Part shown: piece after piece, positions 30,815 to 39,962 of the stretch
Layout of the letters: each line of letters opens with the position of its first letter
Numbering within the stretch: the stretch's first letter is position 1
NCBI GenBank assembly: GCA_965222075.1
Contig: OZ244937.1
Coordinates: 1,760,001 to 1,824,000, forward strand
Direction of reading: 5' to 3'
Length of the DNA: 64,000 nucleotides
DNA from: Candidatus Latescibacterota bacterium
Lineage (GTDB): Bacteria > Latescibacterota > UBA2968 > GCA-2709665
Notes under the pieces: generated by a model
Seen by the model: only the letters and a program-made list of their open reading frames with translations
Database searches by the model: none
Told to the model about the DNA's origin: nothing
Made by a program: the position numbers and the translations under genes

Positions 30815-31237
30815 TCAACCGCTTGGCTCCTGCCCCTGCCTGGAGTGGCGTCCCTGGCGGCGATCTGACCTTTTGCGCCTCTGGTCATCCCATTCCTGCG
30901 TCATCTTGTTGAACCGTTCAGCCTGTTCGGCAGAGAGAATCGCCCGGATCTGCTCCCGGGTTTCGAGCTTGATCTGCCGGTACTTCGGCTTCATCGAACG
31001 GCTCAACGCCATGATACGTTCCCGGCTCTCTTCCAAAATCCGTCCCAGGCGCTCTTTCTGCTCCGGCGCCAGATCCAGTTCCCGGGAAAGTTTAACCACC
31101 ATCCCGCGGGAGGAATGTCCCCTCCTTTTTCCAACGCGTGAATCAAGCGCAACACGATGGTAGACTACGGTACTAACAGCCCCAAGCAGGAAACTCACCA
31201 GGAGCAAGCTGATAAGGCGCGTTCGGCTGATCAGCAT
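30815..31237 (-). CDS. Spy/CpxP-like periplasmic protein
   Basis: N-terminal TM, ELDLAPEQKE and ILSAEQ (LTxxQ-like) motifs. Confidence 0.75.
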   Translation of the reverse strand: MLISRTRLISLLLVSFLLGAVSTVVYHRVALDSRVGKRRGHSSRGMVVKLSRELDLAPEQKERLGRILEESRERIMALSRSMKPKYRQIKLETREQIRAILSAEQAERFNKMTQEWDDQRRKRSDRRQGRHSRQGQEPSG

Positions 31238-31252
31238 GGCAAACCTCCCTCC

Positions 31253-31711
31253 TTATCGGCCCTCACTGGCAATCACAAGGTCCAGCACCCGGTCCTTGGA
31301 CAGCCCGGACTCGGTCAGGGTTGCGATCTCCAGCACTTCCCGGTCCAACGAGCGATTCAGATAACTCTCAACGGTCATAGGCTCCGGCCCCACCGCCAGC
31401 TGATCGGCCAGAAACAGTAAGGCGCCGATCGAAACCACGGCCAGGGTAGCGGGAACAAGCCGCGCCCACTTTCTCCAGGCCCGGCGTTGGGCCGCACCGT
31501 TCAACTGCCGGTTCAAACGCGCCTCGAAAAAGGGCCTGGGGGGTGGAGGCGCCCACCCCTCGAACAGGCCCTGAACCCGCTGCAGCGCCGCCAGTTCCTC
31601 CCGGCAGTGGCCACAAACCTCGAGATGGCGCGCCAGGGCCTCCCGCTCTGGTGCGGGAAGCTCACGGTCCAGATAAGCAGAAAGGACCTTCGGATTGCAC
31701 CGATGTCGCAT
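31253..31711 (-). CDS. Zinc-finger (zf-HC2) anti-sigma factor
   Basis: LSAYLDREL...HLEVCGHC, single TM helix. Confidence 0.88.
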   Translation of the reverse strand: MRHRCNPKVLSAYLDRELPAPEREALARHLEVCGHCREELAALQRVQGLFEGWAPPPPRPFFEARLNRQLNGAAQRRAWRKWARLVPATLAVVSIGALLFLADQLAVGPEPMTVESYLNRSLDREVLEIATLTESGLSKDRVLDLVIASEGR

Positions 31712-31734
31712 ACTCAGCCACCTCTTTTCTAAAG

Positions 31735-32334
31735 TTATGTCCCGTACCACTCCCTGTAATCCTTCTCCAGCACCTCGCGAAGCTGTGCTCTTGACCGGAA
31801 CAGCCGGGACTTCACGGTTCCGACCGAACAGCCCAGCGCATAAGCGATTTCATCGTAGGCAAGCCCGTCGATCTCCCGCAAAACCAGCGTCGCCCGATAT
31901 TCGACCGGCAGGGTCTCCATCGCCTGTTCTAAGATCGCCTGAAGCTCCTTGCGCAACACCCCCGCATCGGACGCCTGCGGATGGCGAAATACCCCATCCA
32001 GCCCCCACGGCTCCCGCTCCAGCGAGACATCCTTCCGCCGGTTCCGGGATTTCATCCAGTCCAGACAACAGTTGACCCCAATCCGATAGACCCAGGTATA
32101 AAACTGCGATTGACCCCGAAAGTTGGACAGCGAGCGATACGCCTTCAGAAAGGCCTCCTGGGCAAGGTCGTCTGCGTCATCTCGATCGCCCACTAAGGAA
32201 TAAATCGTACCGTAGACGCGTTCATAATAACGCCGAACCAGTTCAGAAAATGCTTCCCGGTCGCCTTTCCGGGCCTGCGCCACAAGCTCCATATCCCCGG
32301 CATCCGACTGTTTTGACGATTCCTGGAACGACAT
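31735..32334 (-). CDS. ECF RNA polymerase sigma factor (RpoE/SigW-like)
   Basis: GDREAF, DLAQEAFLKAY, FYTWVYRI, YDEIA..LGCSVGTVKSRLFR. Confidence 0.93.
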   Translation of the reverse strand: MSFQESSKQSDAGDMELVAQARKGDREAFSELVRRYYERVYGTIYSLVGDRDDADDLAQEAFLKAYRSLSNFRGQSQFYTWVYRIGVNCCLDWMKSRNRRKDVSLEREPWGLDGVFRHPQASDAGVLRKELQAILEQAMETLPVEYRATLVLREIDGLAYDEIAYALGCSVGTVKSRLFRSRAQLREVLEKDYREWYGT

Positions 32335-32399
32335 TGTTCCCTCTCTTGGGTCACGGGTCCCCCGGGTTGTGGACGACACGTGACTCCTGAACGCGCGAC

Positions 32400-32816
32400 T
32401 CACGACCCACCTTTCTCTACCGTGGCAATCACAAACCGTTTGATCCCCACCCCCTTGATCAGATCCAGGATGCCCATCACCTCTCCGTATGGAAGCACCC
32501 GGTCTGCGCGCAAGACAAGCCCTCCGCTGGCATTGATCTCCTCTGCGGCTTCCCCCAGCCTCACCTGGAGCACCTCCCGGGTCGCACCCTCTCCATTATA
32601 ACTCATCTCCCCATCCGACGCCACATTCAGGACAAACAGCTTCTCCTGCTGCACCCTGTCCGAATGCTGCATGGAGGGCAGTTCCACCTTAAGCGCCGAC
32701 TGCTCGATAAAGGTAGTGGTCACCAGGAAAAATGTCAACAGAAGGAAAAGTACGTCAATCAGAGAGGTGATATTGATCGACGGTCGCCGCCGGGGCCTCT
32801 GCAAGAGCTGCATCAA
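32400..32816 (-). CDS. exbD: Biopolymer transporter ExbD
   Basis: INITSLIDVLFLLLTFF, LRAD. Confidence 0.9.
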   Translation of the reverse strand: MMQLLQRPRRRPSINITSLIDVLFLLLTFFLVTTTFIEQSALKVELPSMQHSDRVQQEKLFVLNVASDGEMSYNGEGATREVLQVRLGEAAEEINASGGLVLRADRVLPYGEVMGILDLIKGVGIKRFVIATVEKGGS

Positions 32817-33457
32817 TCCGCCCTTTCTGCCCGGAGCGCCTCCGCTGCGGTCTGAAACCCCCGCAGCTTTTTCAGGAGGGCATTGGAATATTTCTCAATT
32901 TCCAGGATCAGGGTCTCTGCCTTGTTGCTGAAATAGTTGTAAAACACCAGCGACGGAATTGCAATAAAAAGCCCCGCGGCAGTGGTCAGAATCGCCTCTG
33001 CAATCCCCCCGGCCAGCAGGTTGCCCTGCCCTATTCCCACCTCTGAAATCTCCTGGAAAACCTTAATCATCCCCAGCACCGTCCCCAGGAGTCCCAGCAG
33101 CGGCGAGACACTCGCCACCGTCTCCAGCACCACCAGCCCTTTCTGCAAGGCCCCCATCTCCTGCCGTCCCTGGTCCAGAATACTCTCCCGGATCTCGTCC
33201 TGGGGGAGATGCCGGTTGTCCAGACCGGCGCGCATCACCTGGGCAAAAGGCCCTTTATACTGCCCGCAGACCGACTGCGCCAGCCCGACATCCTCCGGCC
33301 CCTGGATATTCTCAACCACGCCGACGATCTCCGGCCGGATGATCCGCTTGCGCCGCAGACTGAGCCCTCGCTCTAAGCTAATGGCAAGGGCAAGCACCGA
33401 ACAGAGCGTGAGCGGGTACATCATCAACCCCCCCTGTTCAAAAAGCTCCCAACTCAT
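32813..33457 (-). CDS. exbB: MotA/TolQ/ExbB proton channel
   Basis: GGLMMYPL, SPLLGLLGTVLGMI, GGIAEAILTTAAGL. Confidence 0.92.
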   Translation of the reverse strand: MSWELFEQGGLMMYPLTLCSVLALAISLERGLSLRRKRIIRPEIVGVVENIQGPEDVGLAQSVCGQYKGPFAQVMRAGLDNRHLPQDEIRESILDQGRQEMGALQKGLVVLETVASVSPLLGLLGTVLGMIKVFQEISEVGIGQGNLLAGGIAEAILTTAAGLFIAIPSLVFYNYFSNKAETLILEIEKYSNALLKKLRGFQTAAEALRAERAD

Positions 33458-33458
33458 A

Positions 33459-34370
33459 TCATCGACTCCTATCAGCATCCCGTATCAGTGTATAGTTAAA
33501 AAGGCCTGTAATCTCCAGAAACGCATCGGGAAAGTCGTCCGGCAGGGGCCGAAACGGCGCCGACAGGACAACCGCGTGGTAGCTCGTATTCCGCAACAGG
33601 TCGCTTCCGTCGTAGTTCATCACTTCCAGGTCTTTCAAACGCCCATCCCTCAAAATCTTAAACCGGAGCAGCGTCCTGCCTTCGATCAACCCCAGCTCCG
33701 TAAAGGCCGCAGGAGGAAAAACATGGTTCCCAATGTGGCGTTTCAGATAGGCGACATAAGGCGCAAAGTCCCATTTGTAGGTGCTCAACTGCAACGCCCC
33801 GTCTTCCAGGGCGCTGGACCGCTGGTTGTCCAGCTTCAGAGCGGGCGGAATGGCCGGTGTGCCATAAACCGCCTCCCTGCGCTGCTCCCGGGTCTGCATC
33901 GGGCCCTCTTTTAATAGGGAAACGAAATCGACGTCCTGTTCCCGAAACATGAGGGCCTGCTGCTCGGACGCCTCTACCGACGCCTCGCCCTCTGTCCCTT
34001 CTCCGTTGGCGCCCCTTTCCCCATCCCTGCCCACGGCTGTGCGCAGGTGCTCCCTGGATTCCACCAGCCCCTCGGAATAGGGCAGATAGGACGGCTCCAT
34101 CCATGCCTCCTGCCAGTCCTGCGCCACCGACTGTCGGTCGGACAGCAGGGGGGACTCCTTCGGCGGGCGTTCGCTGGAACGCTGGTTGGGAACCTCCACA
34201 AACTCGAAGGTCAAGGGCGGCGTTTCCTGCCTTGAGGGGAGCACCGTGCGGGGACGGATCAGGATCTTGGCCAGGGGAACGTACACCGTGAAGAAGAGCA
34301 GGTGCAGCAGCACGGCAACCGCATAGGAGAGGGTATACCGGTTGGTAAAAAGAACCTTTACCGTATCCAT
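33459..34370 (-). CDS. tonB: Energy transducer TonB-like protein
   Basis: N-terminal TM with LHLL, C-terminal FPPAA...GLIEG...FKILRDG...PFRPLP; upstream of exbBD. Confidence 0.78.
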   Translation of the reverse strand: MDTVKVLFTNRYTLSYAVAVLLHLLFFTVYVPLAKILIRPRTVLPSRQETPPLTFEFVEVPNQRSSERPPKESPLLSDRQSVAQDWQEAWMEPSYLPYSEGLVESREHLRTAVGRDGERGANGEGTEGEASVEASEQQALMFREQDVDFVSLLKEGPMQTREQRREAVYGTPAIPPALKLDNQRSSALEDGALQLSTYKWDFAPYVAYLKRHIGNHVFPPAAFTELGLIEGRTLLRFKILRDGRLKDLEVMNYDGSDLLRNTSYHAVVLSAPFRPLPDDFPDAFLEITGLFNYTLIRDADRSR

Positions 34371-34571
34371 TTCGAAACACACCCCTGAAAATGAGCAATC
34401 AATTAAGATAAATATATTGGAAACGAGATGAAAGAGCAAAGTCCGCCCCCCCTGCGGGATGCTCGCCTTTCCCAGGCAGGGCATGGCCTGCATACGCCAA
34501 ATCGCCATCGAGCGCCTCGGTTCTCTTTCTCGACGCGCAGGCTGAGCAGGAAGGCTGCAACCGGCAGAAAA

Positions 34572-34603
34572 GAAGAGGGGCGGCACCCTTGCCGCCCCTC
34601 TTC
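34572..34603 (-). terminator. Intrinsic terminator downstream of the radical SAM gene
   Basis: GAAGAGGGGCGGCA/TGCCGCCCCTCTTC stem followed by a T-rich tract on the minus strand. Confidence 0.65.
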
Positions 34604-34655
34604 TGAACAATATCTCCCGCCCGCATGCGGCAGCTCTCCATCAGCATCTAAACGC

Positions 34656-35612
34656 TCAGTCCTCTGAGCTGGAGCAGGACCCTCCGCCCAGCACGCAGAA
34701 CCTGGCGCAATGCGGGTGGTTGAGTTTCACCTCCCTGGAGGCTTCCGCCAGGGTCTCCCCCATCTCGAACTCCGGGTCATAGGGCAGCAGGTTACAGGAC
34801 AGGACGGCCGGGCGTTCGGCCCCTTTGCGCTTGACGACCAGGCGGGAGGACGCGCACATAATGTCGTCCGGCGACATACCCAGGATGTCCCAGCACGCCG
34901 TGGTGATTTCAGGCACATCGACCGTTTCATCCATCTCCGGAAAAAGCACAAGCTGGGTGGAATCCCACGCATCGATGGTGACGTTTAATGCTGCAAAAAG
35001 TCGGGCGTAGCCGGCCCGCAGGCTCGCTTCGGTTTCGTCCCAATAGGTGCGGCCTGCAGCGGCGATGTTAAACCCGTTTTCCGACAGCCACAACAGGCCC
35101 TCGATTGTTGGCTTCCAGGATCGCAGACCGCGCTCTTCCTCGTGCAGCTCCCGGGTGTAGTGGTCGATGGAGATACGGAGGGTCAGCCTGTGCCCATACC
35201 GTGCCTTCAGATCAAACAGGGGATCGGCCAGTTTCAACATGGGCCGCATGGCATTGGTCAGCACCAGCGCCTCGAAGCCGCGGGACAGGCATGCTTCGAG
35301 CATCCCGGTGATCTGGGGGTTCATGAACGGCTCGCCGCCGGTAAAACCGATCTCCCGGGTGCCCAACCCGTCGCGTTCGATTTCATCCAGATACGCCCTG
35401 ACCTCTTCGGTCGTGATGTAGACAAGCCGGTCGTTGAGCGGGCTGGACTCGATATAACAGTTCACACACGTCAGGTTACACAGCGTACCCGTGTTGAACC
35501 ATAACGTCTCCAGCCTGTTCAGCCGAACAGACGCGCGCTGCTCCCCTTTTGCTGTAATATCGGGATCCTGAAATTTCGCAGGATCAAGCGTTTTGACAGC
35601 TGTTTGGACCAT
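34656..35612 (-). CDS. Radical SAM protein (family related to ArsS/DUF547-cluster enzymes)
   Basis: NTGTLCNLTCVNCYIESSP, FTGGEPF, VLTNA, C-terminal HPHCARFCVLGGGSCS. Confidence 0.88.
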   Translation of the reverse strand: MVQTAVKTLDPAKFQDPDITAKGEQRASVRLNRLETLWFNTGTLCNLTCVNCYIESSPLNDRLVYITTEEVRAYLDEIERDGLGTREIGFTGGEPFMNPQITGMLEACLSRGFEALVLTNAMRPMLKLADPLFDLKARYGHRLTLRISIDHYTRELHEEERGLRSWKPTIEGLLWLSENGFNIAAAGRTYWDETEASLRAGYARLFAALNVTIDAWDSTQLVLFPEMDETVDVPEITTACWDILGMSPDDIMCASSRLVVKRKGAERPAVLSCNLLPYDPEFEMGETLAEASREVKLNHPHCARFCVLGGGSCSSSED

Positions 35613-35630
35613 AGTGCCTCCTCTATCTGT

Positions 35631-37361
35631 TTACTCTCCACGCTCCACATGTTGAATGGCCTTTTCCACGCTCCACAACAGCCGCCTCAGACCGGCTTCC
35701 ACACCTGCGGAGAGGTGCACCCGCACCGTGCGCCGGCACCGTCCTCTCAGGGCCAGAGCATCGCCCAGGACCTGCGCTGCCTTAAGCGTCCCGAAGGAGG
35801 AGCGTCTCCCTGGAATCGGCAGGTCCTCAGCGTCGTCTGAAGTAATCTGCAGAAACAGCCCGCTGTTGGGGCCCCCCTTGTGCAGTTGTCCGGTCGCGTG
35901 GAGGAAACGCGGGCCGTACCCAAGCGTTGTGGCCACGCCCATGCCGTCTCGGATCCGCATACGGATGGCTTGCAGCCGCTCCCGGTTTTGGTCGTTCATA
36001 TCAAGATACGCACAAAGGGCTGCAAACTCACCCGGTTTGAGACGCCCAAGGTGGGCAGCGAGGCAGGCCTCCAGAGATTCCGCACCGGCAAGGGCCGCGG
36101 CATTCTCACCATCGGCAAACACCTGCACCCCACCGTCGCAGAGGAACGGCGCTTCGATCGGCAGGCGGCCTTCGACCTCAAAATCGTCCATCAACCGGGC
36201 CGTGAACGCCTTGCTCTCCTGCACATTTGGCTGATCAAACGGATGGATGCCCAGCACGCAACCGGCTACGGCCGTGGCGATCTCCCACAGGAAAAATGCC
36301 CCGCCCAGGTCCATCTCATCCTCCAGATGCACCCTCACGACCGGCTGGGCGGCCCGTTCGAGCGCCCCTACCGCCTCATCCTGACCGGGGTCATACCCCA
36401 ATGTCGGCCGAATGTAAACAAAGAGGCGGTCCTCCCCGTATACCTCCGGCGGTCCCAGGGGCTCGTTGTCTACCGGAACCAGTCCCTTTCCCTCCTTTCC
36501 CGTACTCTCGGCCAGGAGCTGCTCCAGCCAGCTTCCCAGCCCCCGAATACCGGGAGACGTCACAAGCGTCACCTTGTCCCGCCCGGCGGCCGCCAGTTCG
36601 CCCAGGACCACCCCCAGGACCACCCCCGGGTTCTTCTCGGCAGGGACGTCCGCGCCACAGCGCGCCACCATATGCGCCGCCCGCCGCAGAAACGCTTCCA
36701 CATCGATGCCCATCATTGCGGCCGGGACCATGCCGAAGTTCGACAGCGCCGAATACCGTCCCCCAATCTCCCGCGCCCCTTCAAAGGCGTACCTGAACCC
36801 TTCCTCCCAAGCGCGGGCCTCCAGCGGGGACCCCGGATCGGTAATCACTCCAAAGTGCCCGCCGGCCCGTTCCCCTACGGCCTGTTTCATCTCCTCAAGA
36901 AAATAGTCGCAAAACGCATTCGGCTCCGTCGTCGTCCCCGACTTGCTGGCCACCACACACAGGGTCTTCTTCAGGTCCACCCGATCCGCAAAGCGCCTGA
37001 CCTGCGCGGGCACCGTGGAGTCCAGCACGCGCAGCCGGGGATATCCCTCCACCCTGCCGAACGTCAGGCTCAAAACCTCGGCACAGAGACTGCTGCCCCC
37101 CATCCCAAGCAGAAGGAGGTCCTCAAACCCGGCCCCTTGAACCTCCTGTGCAGCCCGTTTGAGATCCCCGCAGAGCCGAAGCTGACGGTCCACACCGTGC
37201 AGCCACCCCACCCACCGCCCTTCGTCCCCTCCCGTCCAGAGGCCGGCGTCCCCCTGCCAGAGCCGTTCAACCCTGCCCTCCCGCCGCCAGACCGTCAGGG
37301 TCTTCTCCACGCGCCTCTCATAAGCGCCGATCGAATACGCCACGTGCAAATTCTCGGCCAT
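35631..37361 (-). CDS. pgi: Glucose-6-phosphate isomerase (PGI half of the Tal-Pgi type)
   Basis: GMGGSSL, ASKSGTTTEP, IGGRYSALS, EQLLAESTGK, PFDQPNVQESK, GYGPRFLHATGQLHKGG. Confidence 0.88.
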   Translation of the reverse strand: MAENLHVAYSIGAYERRVEKTLTVWRREGRVERLWQGDAGLWTGGDEGRWVGWLHGVDRQLRLCGDLKRAAQEVQGAGFEDLLLLGMGGSSLCAEVLSLTFGRVEGYPRLRVLDSTVPAQVRRFADRVDLKKTLCVVASKSGTTTEPNAFCDYFLEEMKQAVGERAGGHFGVITDPGSPLEARAWEEGFRYAFEGAREIGGRYSALSNFGMVPAAMMGIDVEAFLRRAAHMVARCGADVPAEKNPGVVLGVVLGELAAAGRDKVTLVTSPGIRGLGSWLEQLLAESTGKEGKGLVPVDNEPLGPPEVYGEDRLFVYIRPTLGYDPGQDEAVGALERAAQPVVRVHLEDEMDLGGAFFLWEIATAVAGCVLGIHPFDQPNVQESKAFTARLMDDFEVEGRLPIEAPFLCDGGVQVFADGENAAALAGAESLEACLAAHLGRLKPGEFAALCAYLDMNDQNRERLQAIRMRIRDGMGVATTLGYGPRFLHATGQLHKGGPNSGLFLQITSDDAEDLPIPGRRSSFGTLKAAQVLGDALALRGRCRRTVRVHLSAGVEAGLRRLLWSVEKAIQHVERGE

Positions 37362-37369
37362 TTGCCCTC

Positions 37370-38347
37370 TCACGCATAGAGGTGGGCCACATCGTCTGCG
37401 TATCCGTTGTAGATCTGCGTCGGCACCCGCTTGCCCGTGTCAATCAACCGTTCGGTTGCCTGCGACCAGCGGGGATGGGGCACCCCGGGATTGACATTGG
37501 ACCAGAAGTCGTACTCGCGTGGCACCGCATCGTTCCAGAACGTTGGCGGCCGCCTGTCCGTAAATTCGATCGATACGATCGACTTGATACTCTTATACCC
37601 GTATTTCCAGGGGACAATCAGCCGGATCGGCGCGCCGTGCTGCTTGGGAAGTTCGTGCCCGTAAATGCCGGTCACCAGGAGGGTCAACTCGTTCATCGCT
37701 TCCTCGATGGTCAACCCTTCATAATAGGGCCAGGGATACCAGTGCTGCTCCACCTGCCCGGGGGCCTGATTCGGGCGGAGGAAGGTCACCATCCGCACGT
37801 ATTTCGCCGACGGCCTGGGCTGCACCTCGTCGATCAGAGACTTGAAGGGAAACCCGGTCCAGGGAACGGCCATCGCCCAGGCCTCCACGCAGCGAAACCG
37901 GTAGAGGCGCTCCTCTAAGGGCATCCGCCGGAGCAGATCGTCCACATCGTAGACCCTGGGCGCTTCCACCAGCCCCTTCACCTCCACCGTCCAGGGGCGA
38001 GTCTCAAAGCGGTCTACCAGGCGCCACACCCGGTCCTTAATATGAGAAAATTCGTAGAAGTTATTGTAGCGTGCCGCCACCGCCTCGTCCGTCAGCGCCC
38101 GGTTCAGCGTGTAGGCCGGATTTCTCTCAGCCGGATAGATACCGGCCGGGGCTTTCGAAGCCCGGGCGGGGGGCCGTCCGCCGGCCTCCTTTCCATCGGC
38201 CGGACGCTCACCGGCACACCCCACGACCAGCCCCGCGCCTGCGAACCCCATCGCCTTCAGGAATTTCCGGCGATTCATATAAATATCCTCCGGCGTTGTG
38301 AGACGCTCGGGCATCTCCCACCCCTTTGGAACCCGGATGTATGGCAT
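37370..38347 (-). CDS. msrP: Protein-methionine-sulfoxide reductase catalytic subunit
   Basis: Tat signal RRKFLK, YNNFYEF, FRCVEAW, PWPYYEGL, GAPIRLIVPWKYGYKSIKSI, HPRWSQATER. Confidence 0.93.
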   Translation of the reverse strand: MPYIRVPKGWEMPERLTTPEDIYMNRRKFLKAMGFAGAGLVVGCAGERPADGKEAGGRPPARASKAPAGIYPAERNPAYTLNRALTDEAVAARYNNFYEFSHIKDRVWRLVDRFETRPWTVEVKGLVEAPRVYDVDDLLRRMPLEERLYRFRCVEAWAMAVPWTGFPFKSLIDEVQPRPSAKYVRMVTFLRPNQAPGQVEQHWYPWPYYEGLTIEEAMNELTLLVTGIYGHELPKQHGAPIRLIVPWKYGYKSIKSIVSIEFTDRRPPTFWNDAVPREYDFWSNVNPGVPHPRWSQATERLIDTGKRVPTQIYNGYADDVAHLYA

Positions 38348-38361
38348 TGGACCTCTCCTCT

Positions 38362-39177
38362 CTATTGGTCAGGCGCCCGGTCGGTGAGGGCCTGATCGTT
38401 CAACGTCCAATCGTAGTCCACATGCTGGACCTGCACATCGCGATTCTGCTTTAAATAGATCCCTTCCACCTCCGGAAGGTACATCCTCAGATAATCAATA
38501 AGCTTCGCATCCTCAACCTGGTAGGTCCGTTTGTACCAACCGGTAAAATCCTCTTCGAACCACTCGAAAATCTTCGACAGGGTAACCTCGCTCTGCGTCC
38601 TGTCAATCCGGACGTTTCGGGCCTCCCGGATAAAAAACCGCATGGCCGCCTCCAGCCGGGCGTCTAAGTCTTCGGGCCGGAAGGCCTTCTGCTCCAGTCT
38701 GGGGCACCCCACCGAGGCGCAGTTGATTGCCGTGTGGATGCGGGGGTCCTTGAATTTTGCCCTCAGAATATTGTGCTCAATATCGTTCAGCGTATAACTT
38801 TCCCCTCCGGCCGTAAAATAGGTCCGGTTGAAAAACCCGGACAAGAGCTTGATCTTCTTCACGCTCTTCACCGGGTAGGCGTCGACCACGCCTTTGATCA
38901 CAAAAGCATTGTAGGCGTTGATCCAGTAGGCCAGACGGTCCTCCCGCGTGGGAAACCACGCCGGATGGCTTGCCGGGCGCACGCGCCCCAGCAGCGCTAC
39001 GTATGCCTCCAAATCCTGCGGGTGGGCCTTCAGACCGGCATAGTCCACCTGGCCGCCTTCGTCCACGTAGGCCGACAGCACCCGGTCCAGCGCCGAGTGG
39101 TCAAACCGCGCCCCCTCTTCCGCCGCCGCCCAGGCCGGCGCAGCCAGCACCAGAACAACCATTGTCCATCGCATCAT
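38362..39177 (-). CDS. DUF547 domain secreted protein
   Basis: Signal peptide, VDY, LAYWINAYN, DPRIH.AINCASVGCP, LSKIFEWF.EDF, YDWTLN. Confidence 0.9.
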   Translation of the reverse strand: MMRWTMVVLVLAAPAWAAAEEGARFDHSALDRVLSAYVDEGGQVDYAGLKAHPQDLEAYVALLGRVRPASHPAWFPTREDRLAYWINAYNAFVIKGVVDAYPVKSVKKIKLLSGFFNRTYFTAGGESYTLNDIEHNILRAKFKDPRIHTAINCASVGCPRLEQKAFRPEDLDARLEAAMRFFIREARNVRIDRTQSEVTLSKIFEWFEEDFTGWYKRTYQVEDAKLIDYLRMYLPEVEGIYLKQNRDVQVQHVDYDWTLNDQALTDRAPDQ

Positions 39178-39193
39178 ACGCACCCTCTCTCCA

Positions 39194-39946
39194 TTACCTG
39201 ACGCAGGGCGACCGGACCGGTCGCTCCTGCATTTTCACCTCTGCTTCTCTCACGGCCTTTTGGGCGGTTCGGGTAATCAAGATCGTGACCGCAACCGTGG
39301 CCAGAAACCCCACGCCAAAGAGCGCGTACTCCAGCGGGGTCCGGCCCTGTCCGCCTTCGGCCGCAACCCTGCCAACGGCCCCGAGGTAGACATACATCAC
39401 CGTTCCGGGCAGCATACCCAGCCAGCTCACCAGCACGTAGGGCCAGAATTTCACGGCCGTCAACCCGTAGAGATAATTGCTCAGGTTAAACGGAATCGCC
39501 GGGCTCAACCTCAGCAGGCCCACGATTTTCCATCCCTGCCGGCCGATCGCGGTGTCGATCGCTTTAAACCGCTCGTTTTGCTCCGCCTTCGCCGCAACCC
39601 GGTCCCGGGCCAGGTAGCGCGCAACCAGAAACGCCAGCGAAGCGCCCAGCGTCGAACCGACGGAGACCACAGCCGTGCCCCAGACGACGCCGAAGAGAAA
39701 ACCCGACCCGACCGTCAACGGAGATCCGGGCAGGAACAGCACGGTCGCCAGAACATACACACCCGCGTAAATCGCCATGCCCGCCGGCCCCATCTGTCCG
39801 ACCCACGCGTTGAACGCCTTGATCCATTCGCCGATCGGCAGCAGGCTTCTGGTGACCAGAAGTCCCACGATCACGACCCCCAGCACAACCCATTTCCAGG
39901 AAAAACTCCTCCGCACATCCTGCTGGGCCGCAATATCTTCCACCAT
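39194..39946 (-). CDS. TVP38/TMEM64 (VTT/DedA-like) membrane protein
   Basis: FLPGSPLT, GSTLGA, LRLSPAIPFNLSNY.YGLT, GMLPGT. Confidence 0.9.
   Translation of the reverse strand: MVEDIAAQQDVRRSFSWKWVVLGVVIVGLLVTRSLLPIGEWIKAFNAWVGQMGPAGMAIYAGVYVLATVLFLPGSPLTVGSGFLFGVVWGTAVVSVGSTLGASLAFLVARYLARDRVAAKAEQNERFKAIDTAIGRQGWKIVGLLRLSPAIPFNLSNYLYGLTAVKFWPYVLVSWLGMLPGTVMYVYLGAVGRVAAEGGQGRTPLEYALFGVGFLATVAVTILITRTAQKAVREAEVKMQERPVRSPCVR
39203..39230. repeat. REP-like palindrome overlapping the VTT gene 3' end
   Basis: GCAGGGCGACCGGACCGGTCGCTCCTGC, related to 15877-15900. Confidence 0.6.
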
Positions 39947-39962
39947 TTACCTCCTTTAACCC

